A DNA stretch of 64,000 nucleotides from Candidatus Scatovivens faecipullorum (GTDB lineage: Bacteria; Bacillota; Clostridia; TANB77; CAG-508). The position numbers were made by a program, and so were the translations under genes. The notes under the pieces were generated by a model that was given only the letters and a program-made list of their open reading frames with translations, did no database searches and was not told the DNA's origin. Below, in pieces: positions 28,568 through 38,838 of the stretch (within the stretch, counting starts at the first letter, position 1; each line of letters starts with the position of its first letter). The stretch spans positions 3,694 to 67,693 of the forward strand of contig DVLG01000055.1 of the NCBI GenBank assembly GCA_018715625.1, given 5' to 3'.

Positions 28568-29182
28568 ATGAAAATATCAAAAAATACAATAATAAAATCT
28601 ACAGTTGTTATAATTATTTTAATAATTATTATATACAATTTTTTTAGTTCTAAAAAAAATGAAGAGATAAATTATAGCAATATTATAATTAGTGAAGACG
28701 AAAGTAAAACGGAAAATAAAATTGAAGAAGAAATTATAAAGGTATATGTTACAGGAGAAGTTAAGTCACCTGGAGTTATAGAACTAGAAGGTGATTCTAG
28801 AATTGAAGATGCTATAACTTTAGCAGGTGGAATAACAGAAAAAGCTAATTTATCAGAAGTGAATTTAGCATATTCTTTAGAAGATGGACAAAAACTATAT
28901 ATACCTAGTATAGATGATAAAGAAGAAGTTGAATATTTGACTACAGAAAATGGAGAAAATATACTTGAAACAAACAAAGAAGGTAATGGAAAAATAAATA
29001 TTAATACAGCTAGCCTAGAAAAGTTAGAAACATTGCCTGGAGTAGGAGAAGCTTTAGGAAAAAGAATTATAGAATATAGGGAAGAAAACGGTAAATTTGA
29101 AAAAATAGAGGATTTGAAAAATGTAAGTGGAATAGGAGATAAGAAGTTTGAAAGTTTAGAAGAGTATATAGTTGTAAAATAA
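28568..29182 (+). CDS. comEA: ComEA-family DNA receptor (SLBB + tandem helix-hairpin-helix)
   Basis: TM anchor, SLBB-like IKVYVTGEVKSPGVIELEGDSRIEDAITLAGG, C-terminal ININTASLEKLETLPGVGEALGKRIIEYREENGKFEKIEDLKNVSGIGDKKFESL. Confidence 0.88.
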   Translation: MKISKNTIIKSTVVIIILIIIIYNFFSSKKNEEINYSNIIISEDESKTENKIEEEIIKVYVTGEVKSPGVIELEGDSRIEDAITLAGGITEKANLSEVNLAYSLEDGQKLYIPSIDDKEEVEYLTTENGENILETNKEGNGKININTASLEKLETLPGVGEALGKRIIEYREENGKFEKIEDLKNVSGIGDKKFESLEEYIVVK

Positions 29183-29393
29183 GTCTAAGTTTAGTAAACT
29201 ATTGTATATTGATACTAATATAATAAGTGAAAATTTAGAAAAAAGATTTTATGAATTATATAGTTGAATGTAAGAATAATATATTTGTTACAATATAAAA
29301 ATTATATAAAATTACATATAGTAATATTATAAATATATAAAAAGAGAACCATAAAATGATTCTCAATTTATATATGGTAATTTGGGATTTTTC

Positions 29394-29747
29394 TTATTTT
29401 AAAGATTTCCACTCATCTTCTTTAAAGCCTATTAAAACTTTATTGTTACCTATTAAAATAGGTCTTTTAATAAGCATTCCGTTACTTGAAAGTAATCTAA
29501 TTTTATCATCATCAGAACAGTTTTTTAGTTCTTCTTTTAAATTCATACTTCTATATAGTAAACCACTAGTATTAAAAAATTTATTTAAAGGTAATCCACT
29601 CATTTCAATTATATCCTTTAATTCATCATAAGTAGGTGTTTCTGTTACAATATGTCGTTCTGTATATTTTATATTATTTTCATCAAGAAACTTTTTAGCT
29701 TTTTGACATGTTGAACATTTAGGATAACATATAAAAATATAGTTCAT
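29394..29747 (-). CDS. ArsC/Spx-family thioredoxin-fold protein
   Basis: 117 aa. N-terminal CSTC redox motif in MNYIFICYPKCSTCQKAKKFL and C-terminal IKRPIL...GF are typical of the ArsC/Spx/YffB family. Confidence 0.8.
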   Translation of the reverse strand: MNYIFICYPKCSTCQKAKKFLDENNIKYTERHIVTETPTYDELKDIIEMSGLPLNKFFNTSGLLYRSMNLKEELKNCSDDDKIRLLSSNGMLIKRPILIGNNKVLIGFKEDEWKSLK

Positions 29748-29997
29748 TTCATTACTTCCTTATTATGTATTTAGGTTTTATGGAATACCTATAACCAGAG
29801 TATCAATCACGTACTTTAACATTATATCACGTTTTTATGTAAATTTCCAGTTTTTTGTGAAAAATGTTTAGAAAATGATTAGATTAAAATAGTAAATAAA
29901 TAATCAATGTTATTGATTCAATTAAAGTTATTGTTCTTTAAAAAAGTGTATGATATAATTCTTTTGGCTAGAAATACTATAAAAATAAGGAGAAAGT

Positions 29998-31617
29998 ATG
30001 GAAAAGAAACAGAAAAAAATAGTTATAATATTTTCGATTTTAATTGGAATATTTTCGATAGGAATAGTAGGAAAGACTTTTCAAAATGATACTTTTTTTA
30101 ATATATCAATAGGAAAATATATATTAGAAAACGGAATAGATATGAAAGAACATTTTTCTTGGATTCAAGGATTAACATATACGTATTCTCATTGGGCTTT
30201 TGATATTATTATGTATTTAATTTATAATAATTTTGGATTTACAGGAATATATATATCGATAATATTATTTTCTATTTTAATTAATATTGTTTTATTCAAT
30301 TTGTTAACAAAAAGAGGAAAACAACCAGTTATAGCATTTATAATAACTTTAATTTCAGCATACATAATCAGATCTTGTTATACTGCAAGGTCGCAGATTG
30401 TTTCTTTTCTATGTTTTATAGTGGAAATATATTGTATAGAAAAATTTATAGAAACTAATAAAAAAAGATATGCTGTGTTATTAATTGTACTTTCAATTAT
30501 AGTAGCAAATTTTCATGCAGCAACTTGGCCGATGTATTTAGTACTATTTTTACCATATTTTGCTAGTGCATTTTTTAATTTTATATCTCCTAAAAATCGA
30601 TATGTGTTATTGAAAAAAAGATATCAAAACAAATTAAAAAATGTTCCCAAAGATTCTAAAAAATCAAGAAAATATGAAATTAAGGTAAACTATTATGCAG
30701 ATATTTTAGAAAAAATAGAACCACCCAAATATGAAAAAATGGTAAGAAGAGAAAATTATAATATAAAAAATTTAGTAATTTTATTTGTAATTATATGCTT
30801 TACAGGGTTAATTACACCAATTTATGATACGCCATATACTTATGTAATAAAATCAATGTTTGGAGAAAGCAATTTTGAAAATAATGCTTCTGTAGATTTT
30901 ATAATGGAAATGCAGCCAATTACACCAGCATATAGTACAGATTTAGTAGTATTTTTAATTATATTATTAGCATTTTTAATTTTTATGCCTACTAAATTAA
31001 AATTAGAACAAGGTTTTTTAATATTAGGTTTATTATTAATGACTATAATTAGTGCAAGATACGTATATTTACTAGTTTTTCTTGGAAGTTATGTTCTTAT
31101 GGATTTGATTACACAATGTATAGCAAAGTTTATTCCAGAAGATATGCAAAAATTAGAAAATATTTTAGTTAGCAAAAAGGGAATTATTATATTATCAATA
31201 CTTATTATTTTGTTTGTATTACCTGAATTTTTAGAAATAATTGTAGAAGATTATGTAGATGAAGAGTTATATCCAGTAGGAGCTGTAGAATACATTAAAG
31301 AAAATTTAGATTATAAAAATATGAGAATTTATAATTCATATAATAATGGTAGTTATTTAATGTTAAATGAAATTCCAGTATTTATAGACTCTAGATTAGA
31401 TGTATATTGTAGTGAATTTAATGATACAGATGTGTTTTACGATTTTACGCAAGTATCATTAGGAAAAGTTAACTATGAAGATGTTTTTAAAAAATATGAT
31501 TTTACACATATTTTGATATATAATACAGATATAATTTATAATTATATAAAATTAGACCATAATTATAAAGTTTTATATGAAGATGAAAACTTTACATTAT
31601 ATGAAAGAAATGTATAA
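29998..31617 (+). CDS. large polytopic membrane protein (possibly GT-C-type glycosyltransferase)
   Basis: 539 aa with about ten or more hydrophobic helices and a soluble C-terminal domain. Architecture only, no diagnostic motif. Confidence 0.4.
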   Translation: MEKKQKKIVIIFSILIGIFSIGIVGKTFQNDTFFNISIGKYILENGIDMKEHFSWIQGLTYTYSHWAFDIIMYLIYNNFGFTGIYISIILFSILINIVLFNLLTKRGKQPVIAFIITLISAYIIRSCYTARSQIVSFLCFIVEIYCIEKFIETNKKRYAVLLIVLSIIVANFHAATWPMYLVLFLPYFASAFFNFISPKNRYVLLKKRYQNKLKNVPKDSKKSRKYEIKVNYYADILEKIEPPKYEKMVRRENYNIKNLVILFVIICFTGLITPIYDTPYTYVIKSMFGESNFENNASVDFIMEMQPITPAYSTDLVVFLIILLAFLIFMPTKLKLEQGFLILGLLLMTIISARYVYLLVFLGSYVLMDLITQCIAKFIPEDMQKLENILVSKKGIIILSILIILFVLPEFLEIIVEDYVDEELYPVGAVEYIKENLDYKNMRIYNSYNNGSYLMLNEIPVFIDSRLDVYCSEFNDTDVFYDFTQVSLGKVNYEDVFKKYDFTHILIYNTDIIYNYIKLDHNYKVLYEDENFTLYERNV

Positions 31618-31797
31618 ATTATTAAGTATAAATTTATGAAAAACTATCCTTTATTTTATGTTAAAGGATAGTTTTTGTTTAACTTTAAGGGTAAACTACT
31701 TCAGTTATACCCGTGGAATTTTATTAAAAGTTAACAAAAATAAATCTATTTATTTTTGTTTGTGAGTATTAAAAATAATTAAATAAAACTTATTTTT

Positions 31798-33175
31798 TTA
31801 AAAGGGAAGAGTAACTATTTTTTCAAGTTTAATATGAACTGGGGTACCTTTTAAATCAATAACAACCGTAATTATATCTGTTGCATCAAATTTTGACATT
31901 TCGAATGTATCATAAAAATCAAATTCCTTTAAATCTTTTGAAAAATTATATTCATGGTTTCTTTCAACAATATCTGAAATACTAAATATCTCATTATTTG
32001 AATTAACTACATAGCAACCATCTGTTTTACTTTCCCAAGTATCGGGTACTTCTCCATTAATTCTTATAGGAAATTCGTTGTTCTTGTATTCTATATATAA
32101 ATCTGCATAATACTCATTACCATAGAAATTAATAAAGTTTTCCTTGTCATGAAGAATTTTTCCGATTTATATTTTCATTTGCGTTCAATTCTTTTTCACG
32201 TTTTAACAGCTCTTCTGGGTAAATTGGCTTTTCTGTATTTAATAATTTAAGTCCAAGTTCAAATCCTGTATCTGTTAATTTAGCCTCATAAACATTTATA
32301 TCTTCTCTTTCACATTCAATTACTCTATATGAAATATTAGTACGATTATACATTATTTCAGGAACTTCTAAAGTAAAATTCCAATTTCCTTTTAACGTAA
32401 TTTTTTTCGCTTCATTTTCATTTAAAAATGGTTCTGTTAATGTAATTTCTGTAAAATATAATTTTAATTGTTTTGATTTTGGATAATCGTTTGATGATAC
32501 AAAATTACATGTTAAATTAAAACCTAGCATATTATCTTTATCATAAAAATTGTTTATATTGGCATTATTAGAAAATTTATCTAATTCTGATAAATCGTAA
32601 TTTAATCCATTTTTATTAAAAAACTCTTTAACAGCATTATCATTAGATTTATTTAAGTAAAGTATTTCATTATTTTCATCTATAATAAATAAATCAGATA
32701 ATTCTAATATATAAGAACCTTCATAATCTATATTGCCATTTTTAACTTTTCCTAAGTCAACATATTCATTTATTTCATTTTCAATTTCAAAAGAAAAATT
32801 AATACTTAAATTTTTATCTGTTATTAAAAACTCACTAACATTACACTTCATATTTATATTAGCATTTTTTTCATTATTTTGATATATTTCAACTGTTTGA
32901 ATTGTAGAAGCTTTTTCATTTTTTTCAATATATCCATTATCTACAGCAGTTTGAACTCCTTTTCCTAATCCAAATTTATCTTTTATTATTTTTCCAATAT
33001 CCTTTGCAAAAACCGTACCTGTTATAAACATTATACAAACACAAGCAACTAAACCATATTTTTTTATATTAAAAACTTTTTTAGAAAATTTTTTCTTATT
33101 TTCATCACTTTTAATCTGTGATATAGCAATTCCTAACTTAAACTTTTGCTTAATATCTTCATTGTTTTCTTTCAT
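31798..33175 (-). CDS. DUF4179-like anti-sigma-associated membrane protein. The frame is broken near 32147-32165.
   Basis: The main ORF 32147-33175 (342 aa, TM anchor YGLVACVCIMFITGTVFA, then AVDNGYI) overlaps the sigma gene by ATGA. A further 121 codons (GKILHDKENFINFYGNEYYADLYIEYK... to TAA 31798) are open in the +1 frame. Confidence 0.6.
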
Positions 33176-33732
33176 TTTTCCCTCCTTATATTAAGTTCTT
33201 TTTTTATTTTCTTTCGGACTCTATACAATCTGGTTTTTACATTAAATTCTGACATATTCAATTCTTTTGCGATTTCTTTAATGGATTTTGAAGAGTAATA
33301 GAACATATTAACAATTTTAAAATCAATTTCTTTTAATGTTTTAAACAATTTTTCAATTATTATAATTTCTGGTCTTTCTTCCATATCTATATTATTTTCG
33401 CAATCAGTTAAGATTTCTTCATAGTCAGATATATTATATGTAATATGCCTTTTTCTTAATTTTTCCTTAATTAGATTCTTAGTTATGCCAACAATATACG
33501 CTTTTAATGAATACAAAATATTATCTTGATTCTTCCATAGCATAAAAAACGTATCTAATAATATTTCTTCTTTATCTTCATAGCTTAAACTATTCGCCAT
33601 ATTATTGATTATTGTATTAATGTATGGTGTATAGTCATCTATTATTTTATCCCAATCTATTTGATTACTCACTTTGTAATAATCTTCTATTTGCTTTAAA
33701 TCATTCAATTTTTTACTCCTTTCATAAAACAT
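33172..33732 (-). CDS. ECF-type sigma-70 family RNA polymerase sigma factor
   Basis: 186 aa. Region 2-like LLDTFFMLWKN...AYIVGITKNLIKEKLRKR and region 4 HTH SIKEIAKELNMSEFNVKTRLYRVRKKIKKEL. Confidence 0.8.
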   Translation of the reverse strand: MFYERSKKLNDLKQIEDYYKVSNQIDWDKIIDDYTPYINTIINNMANSLSYEDKEEILLDTFFMLWKNQDNILYSLKAYIVGITKNLIKEKLRKRHITYNISDYEEILTDCENNIDMEERPEIIIIEKLFKTLKEIDFKIVNMFYYSSKSIKEIAKELNMSEFNVKTRLYRVRKKIKKELNIRREK

Positions 33733-33828
33733 TTTACATCTACATAGTGTTAATAACTATAAAAAAAGTAACACTTTTTATAAGATAATTTTATTATAAT
33801 AAGAGAGGAATAAATGCAAAATCTATGA

Positions 33829-34203
33829 ATAAAAGCTGAAAGTCAAAATAATAATAAAGAACAACTATTATTCAAACTAATTAATCAGAAATATACTAGA
33901 AGAACAAATGTAAATTCAGAACTTCAAAGAATTTTAAAATCGCAGTTTGGAATAACTGGTATTTCTACACATAGCTTAAGACACAGCTATGGTACAAGGT
34001 GTGTAGAAAGTGGTATGGCTCCTGTTGTAGTGCAAAGGCTAATGGGACATACAGATATTACAGTAACATTAAATACTTACACATCTGTATTTGATAAATT
34101 TAAAGAAGCTGAATTAGATAAAGTAAATAAATATTATTTGAATGAAAATTTAATATCAACAAGTGAAAATCTATTACTAAATAATGAAAAAGATTTAATA
34201 TAA
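33829..34203 (+). pseudogene. C-terminal remnant of a tyrosine recombinase/integrase
   Basis: The open frame from 33829 encodes ...GISTHSLRHSYGTRCVESGMAPVVVQRLMGHTDITVTLNTYTSV... This carries the HxxR, GH and catalytic Y boxes, but the N-terminal two thirds and a start codon are missing. Confidence 0.7.
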
Positions 34204-34403
34204 TCATTATCCTTATGTTGTTTGAAGTCTGAAACCATTGATACTACTATTGTTTCAAAGACTTACTCAAACAAAACACAAACAAATCTTACTATTTACA
34301 TAAATTGTTTGAGTGGTTGTTTAAAAGTTAATAAAAATTAATATTTGTGAAAAAAGATTAACAATAGTGAAAGTACTGAAAAATAAGCTTTTTCTCAAAA
34401 ATA

Positions 34404-34439
34404 GAAAAACCGTTAATTTTTAAAAATTAACGGTTTTTC
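34404..34439. terminator. perfect 36-nt palindromic hairpin
   Basis: GAAAAACCGTTAATTTTTAAAAATTAACGGTTTTTC. Confidence 0.6.
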
Positions 34440-34447
34440 ACTATTCT

Positions 34448-34966
34448 TTGGTTGCGGGAAAAAAATTAATCAAAATCAACGGAAGTAGTTTTTATGAAAA
34501 CTTTACATTCAAATTTTTTAAGAAGTCCGCTGCCATTCTTTTGGCATTTGCTTTCATTTTCACAAGTCTTGCAGTATCTCCTGTAAAGACATATGCGGCA
34601 GAAGCTTCAACGGTAAAAGTATCGGATTCGGCGACATCACGGTCTCGGATAATCATTTCTTCAGATAGCGTTGTAGACCACAGGAATAGCTACAGAAGTG
34701 CCAATTTTACAACTGCAAGCTCAAATACACGCATACATCATAGTATGAGTTACTACATTTTCTGCAGTTCTGCCAACGTAACATTTGACATAGAAGTATA
34801 TAGAAGCAATGGAACGTTTTATACAAAACAAAATTTGTCAGCGAATAATCCTCTTGCTTCAGCCGTATTTTACCTTGAAGGTAATACTACTTATTATTTC
34901 AAAGTAATACCTAGTAAGAATGATGTTAAATACGACTTTGCATATAATATATACTACGACAAATAA
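34448..34966 (+). CDS. secreted hypothetical protein (GC-richer)
   Basis: 172 aa with signal-peptide-like KKSAAILLAFAFIFTSLAVSPVKTYA/AEA. Two in-frame CGG codons. Start codon uncertain (TTG 34448). Confidence 0.45.
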   Translation: MVAGKKLIKINGSSFYENFTFKFFKKSAAILLAFAFIFTSLAVSPVKTYAAEASTVKVSDSATSRSRIIISSDSVVDHRNSYRSANFTTASSNTRIHHSMSYYIFCSSANVTFDIEVYRSNGTFYTKQNLSANNPLASAVFYLEGNTTYYFKVIPSKNDVKYDFAYNIYYDK

Positions 34967-34990
34967 AAATTAAATTCCGTTCATCCATAG

Positions 34991-35019
34991 AAAAAGGCGA
35001 AGTCTGCTTCGCCTTTTTG
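34991..35019. terminator. bidirectional terminator
   Basis: GGCGAAG (34996-35002) / CTTCGCC (35007-35013), flanked by A5 and T5. Confidence 0.7.
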
Positions 35020-35038
35020 TTAATTTTATTTACTTTTA

Positions 35039-35791
35039 TTATTCTATATAACTGTAAGTATCTCCTTGAGGTTCTATATGTGTAACTTCACATTCTCCAT
35101 TTTCTTTATATTTTCTATATACAAATTCATATTCGCCACTATCTTTATAAGCTTGTATATCTGGCTTTTTAATATCATCATCTGTTACAGTTCCAATTTC
35201 ATAAGTATTTTCATAAGTTATTGTTTCTCCATCAAAAAATTCTTTAAGCTTTAAAACAAAACCTGTTTCTTTTTCTATCCATAATGTTGCTTTATCTACT
35301 TGAAATTTATTACTTACAAATATTTTATAACATTCCTTATTATTTATATTTTCAATGCCACAATATTTATAATCTTGATTCATATTATCAATATCTACAC
35401 AAAAAATACCAGTAAATCTGTTAGATTTATCAGTTACAGTGCTAATGTTTTCTTCATCATTTTCATTGATATATACAATTTTATCTTCTTCTGAAATAGC
35501 TATATAAACTTTCTCATGACTGTTTATATATACACAGTCATTTTCACTACTATTACTCGTTTTTTCCTTATACTCACTATCTTTCCAATATCTATCTATC
35601 TCTGTAGTTCCATATTTATCAGATGTTTTAACTGTATGGACATGTAAATTATTATAATTATTAAGATTTTGTGTTAATTCATACATTGGTTTTTCTGTTT
35701 TATAATAATTTACTTTTAAATATGCTAATATCCCAATTACTACAATCAATATAGTTATTAGTATAGCAATTATAATTTTCTTTTTTTTCAT
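35039..35791 (-). CDS. membrane-anchored LolA-like / lipoprotein-sorting-fold protein
   Basis: 250 aa, N-terminal KKKKIIIAILITILIVVIGILAYL. Segment KECYKIFVSNKFQVDKATLWIEKETGFVLKL resembles the LolA-like/DUF4367 family. Tentative. Confidence 0.4.
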   Translation of the reverse strand: MKKKKIIIAILITILIVVIGILAYLKVNYYKTEKPMYELTQNLNNYNNLHVHTVKTSDKYGTTEIDRYWKDSEYKEKTSNSSENDCVYINSHEKVYIAISEEDKIVYINENDEENISTVTDKSNRFTGIFCVDIDNMNQDYKYCGIENINNKECYKIFVSNKFQVDKATLWIEKETGFVLKLKEFFDGETITYENTYEIGTVTDDDIKKPDIQAYKDSGEYEFVYRKYKENGECEVTHIEPQGDTYSYIE

Positions 35792-35885
35792 ATAGTTTTC
35801 CTCCTATTTATTATATATATTTTGATAATATCTTAAATAACTATATTTGTAAATATAAAAAATATAAATTGCTATTAGAAATTCT

Positions 35886-36251
35886 CTATATAAATCTTAT
35901 TAATTCATCAATAAAATTTTTATTAGTAAATATATTTTTATCATATTCATATCCAAAAACCATTTCAAAATTTTTTTCACACTTTTTTATATCTCTACTA
36001 TCAATAACATATTGTATTGAACGTCTTATTTGAAATTTGTTCATACTTTTAATTTGTTTACTTATTTGTTCATATATATTTTCAAGCTTAATAAATTCCA
36101 TATCTGAATTTGCTAGAATTATTATCGCTAAGTATATTAGTTTAGCACCTTGATTACTTGTTTTTATTCCAAGCTTTCTTAATATATTATAAGTATCAAA
36201 TGCTAATTTCTTTTTATTTAATTTCTTATCATCACAAATTTGTCTATTCAA
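35886..36251 (-). CDS. Spo0A C-terminal-domain-like DNA-binding protein
   Basis: 121 aa. IKTSNQGAKLIYLAIIIL...IYEQISKQIKSMNKFQIRRSIQYVI...FTNKNFIDELIRFI follows the Spo0A_C pattern (G..Y...AI ... erAIRhaI ... ptN.eFI). Common on clostridial mobile elements. Confidence 0.5.
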   Translation of the reverse strand: MNRQICDDKKLNKKKLAFDTYNILRKLGIKTSNQGAKLIYLAIIILANSDMEFIKLENIYEQISKQIKSMNKFQIRRSIQYVIDSRDIKKCEKNFEMVFGYEYDKNIFTNKNFIDELIRFI

Positions 36252-37030
36252 GTTATTTTCCCCTTAAATCTTCATAAGACTTAAACTAGTTGAATTTTAA
36301 ATTTGTGTTAGCTAACTACAAACTTATTGTGGCAGGTTTACATAAATAACTCAAAAACATAAAATTTGTACTGTGTGCAATAGAATTTGCATATAGTGCA
36401 AATTTATGTATTAAAAATAACTTGTTTTTATAATAAATTAAGCACAAATTTACAATTTTTAATATATTTCATAAAATTTTGCACAGAGTGCAAAAAAAGA
36501 AAGCACGGAGAAACTCAATTACAAAATCCCTGCTTTCTTATGTATTTTGTGTCTTAATCACAAAACTTATATTAATCTAAACTATTGCGAGTAGTTTAGT
36601 TAGCAACTTAATTATGAATGAAATCTGTATTAAAAATCAGTATTTAAAATGATTTTTTGGGAAAAATATTTTCTACAGTGATAAATGACTACACATTTAT
36701 AGAATTTTTTATAATTGGATAAGCACCAGGACATCCGTCCACCAATAAATATTTTCACCTTTAATTTCTCCTGTGTTAAATTCTTATAAGTAATAATCAA
36801 CATTGTAAAATAAGAAACTAAGTAAAAATAAATGTGCCAAAATTTGTATAGTATATAAAATTAGGGATTTGCAATTCATAATTGCAATGTATATTGATAA
36901 TAAAGCATTGATTTAATGAATGATTTAAATATTAAGCCTTTAAAATCATTTTACTACTTATTAAGTTATGATTATTATACATGTTTTCATCTAATAATTA
37001 AACAGAAATTTATTTTTTTAAAAATAAGTA

Positions 37031-37059
37031 TTGACAAATGGTGTTTTAGGTAGTATAAT
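37031..37059 (+). promoter_or_regulatory. consensus sigma-A promoter of tRNA-fMet
   Basis: TTGACA (37031-37036), 17-nt spacer, TATAAT (37054-37059). Confidence 0.75.
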
Positions 37060-37075
37060 TGTTTTCGTTAAACAT

Positions 37076-37151
<76 letters not shown>

Positions 37152-37243
37152 AACTTGTATCGTTACAGCTATCTAAGTTGTAGCGATTTTTTATATTCTT
37201 CAAGCAGTTTACAATAATGCTTGAAAATAGCACTATTATGTCT

Positions 37244-37278
37244 AATTGGGGAAAAGTTGGGGAAGAAATCCTCAAAAA
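37244..37278 (+). repeat. 35-bp direct repeat, left copy (candidate att or arm site)
   Basis: AATTGGGGAAAAGTTGGGGAAGAAATCCTCAAAAA is identical to 63533-63567 and contains an internal TTGGGGAA duplication. Confidence 0.85.
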
Positions 37279-37418
37279 CTATTGATATTTCTAATGAATT
37301 TTCAGTAAAAGACTATGGGAAACCTAATTTTATATTTAGTAGTCTTTTACTTTTTTTATCGTGAAAAATTTAATGACTTTTTAAATCACTTTAGTGAAAT
37401 TTGAAAAAAGATTTTAGA

Positions 37419-38621
37419 CTAGTTTTTTTGTAGTAACAAGTTTTGTAATACATTTCCTGCATTTCTATTATGAGAAATAATAGGGTGTACATAGAAATTA
37501 AATGTTGTTGTAATTTGTGCATGACCTAATCTTGCTGCTACTACTGCTACATCAATATTTTGCGATATTAAAAGTGTAGCATTTGTGTGTCGTAATCCGT
37601 GAAAGTTAATTACAGGTAGTCCTATTTGTGCTACATATTTTACAAACCATTTGCTAATTGTAGAAGGGTGCATAGGTTTGCCATCAGCTTGTACAAATAA
37701 CCTATTAGAATTCGTCCATAATTCGCTGTAGAATGATTTTTGTTCATCATACCATAACTTATATTCTTCAAGCAAAGAAACAACGAAATCAGGAATTGCT
37801 ACTTCTCTAATAGAACTTTCTGTTTTTGGTGTTTTAGTAAATACACCTTTGTCTGCTAAATATTGACTAGAACGATTTATACTTACTATACCAGTTTTAA
37901 AATCTACATCTTGCCATTCTAATCCCATAAGTTCTCCGAGTCTTACACCAGTAAATATTGTTAAGATGATTGCAACTTTGTATTTAATTTGTTCTTCACT
38001 AAGTTCTGTTAGATTTTCTAGTAGTATTTTACATTGTTCATCATCGTAATATCTTCTTTTAGGTTTCATTGCTTTAGGTGGTTGAACTCTTTCTGCTGGA
38101 TTAGATACAAGTAATTGCCAATATATAGCTTTGTGTAGCATTGCACGAAGTAGTCTGTGATGTTCTAATATTGTCTTACCAGATAAAGGTTTTAAAGTTT
38201 TCTTACCATTGTTACTTTTCTTTCTAACTAATTGTGTATCTCTACTTAATAAATCATAAAATTGCATAATATCTGTAGGTTTTATTTTATTAATATAGAA
38301 ATGTCCAAAGTAGGGAAGAATTCTTGTTTCTAACATTCTGCAATATCTTTTATATGTTGAAGGTGCAAGTTCTTTTGAACCATAATCTCTTTTCCATATT
38401 TCCGTGAATTCAGAAAATTTAAGAGATTTTCCTTCAATTACAAGACCATTTTGAACATCAGCAACAAATTTAGCAAGTTCTATTTGAGCATCTTTTTTAG
38501 TTCCGTGTATTGTTTTTGTATGCTTAATTAGCTTCCCATTTAGGTCATAGCCATTTGTACATACTAACCTGTAACTATCTTTTCCTCTTTTTTCAATACT
38601 CCCAGCCATTACCTTTTTCAC
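37419..38621 (-). CDS. int: tyrosine-type site-specific integrase
   Basis: 400 aa. N-terminal SAM-like/AP2-like domain. Catalytic boxes FTGVRLGEL (R), HGLRHT (HxxR), LGH, and Y in FNFYVHP. Confidence 0.9.
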   Translation of the reverse strand: MKKVMAGSIEKRGKDSYRLVCTNGYDLNGKLIKHTKTIHGTKKDAQIELAKFVADVQNGLVIEGKSLKFSEFTEIWKRDYGSKELAPSTYKRYCRMLETRILPYFGHFYINKIKPTDIMQFYDLLSRDTQLVRKKSNNGKKTLKPLSGKTILEHHRLLRAMLHKAIYWQLLVSNPAERVQPPKAMKPKRRYYDDEQCKILLENLTELSEEQIKYKVAIILTIFTGVRLGELMGLEWQDVDFKTGIVSINRSSQYLADKGVFTKTPKTESSIREVAIPDFVVSLLEEYKLWYDEQKSFYSELWTNSNRLFVQADGKPMHPSTISKWFVKYVAQIGLPVINFHGLRHTNATLLISQNIDVAVVAARLGHAQITTTFNFYVHPIISHNRNAGNVLQNLLLQKN

Positions 38622-38838
38622 CTCCTTTCAGGCATAACTATGGGTGGGAGAGGATAATATATTTGTTAACAATATAAATTATACAATCAATGATAACAAA
38701 TTGCAATAAGATTCATAAAAATAATTAAAATTCATATGGAATAATGTGTCGAAAAATGTCAAAGCTTGTCATATCAATATATCTATGGACTTTTAACAGA
38801 AAATGTGATAAAATTTGACAAAATGAAAGGAGAAAAAA

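Noticed and set aside
29907-30089. 60-aa ORF overlapping the start of the 539-aa membrane protein gene.
   Set aside because: It is out of frame with, and overlapped by, the much longer gene, which has a better start context.
34015-34203. 62-aa ORF treated as a standalone gene.
   Set aside because: The frame is open from 33829 and encodes the HxxR box upstream of the annotated Met. It is the tail of a truncated integrase, not an independent small gene.
37244-37278. Direct repeats (the 35-bp pair, the terminator pair) as a possible CRISPR array.
   Set aside because: There are only two copies, and they are 26 kb (or 5 kb) apart. There is no regular repeat-spacer periodicity and no cas genes anywhere in the window.
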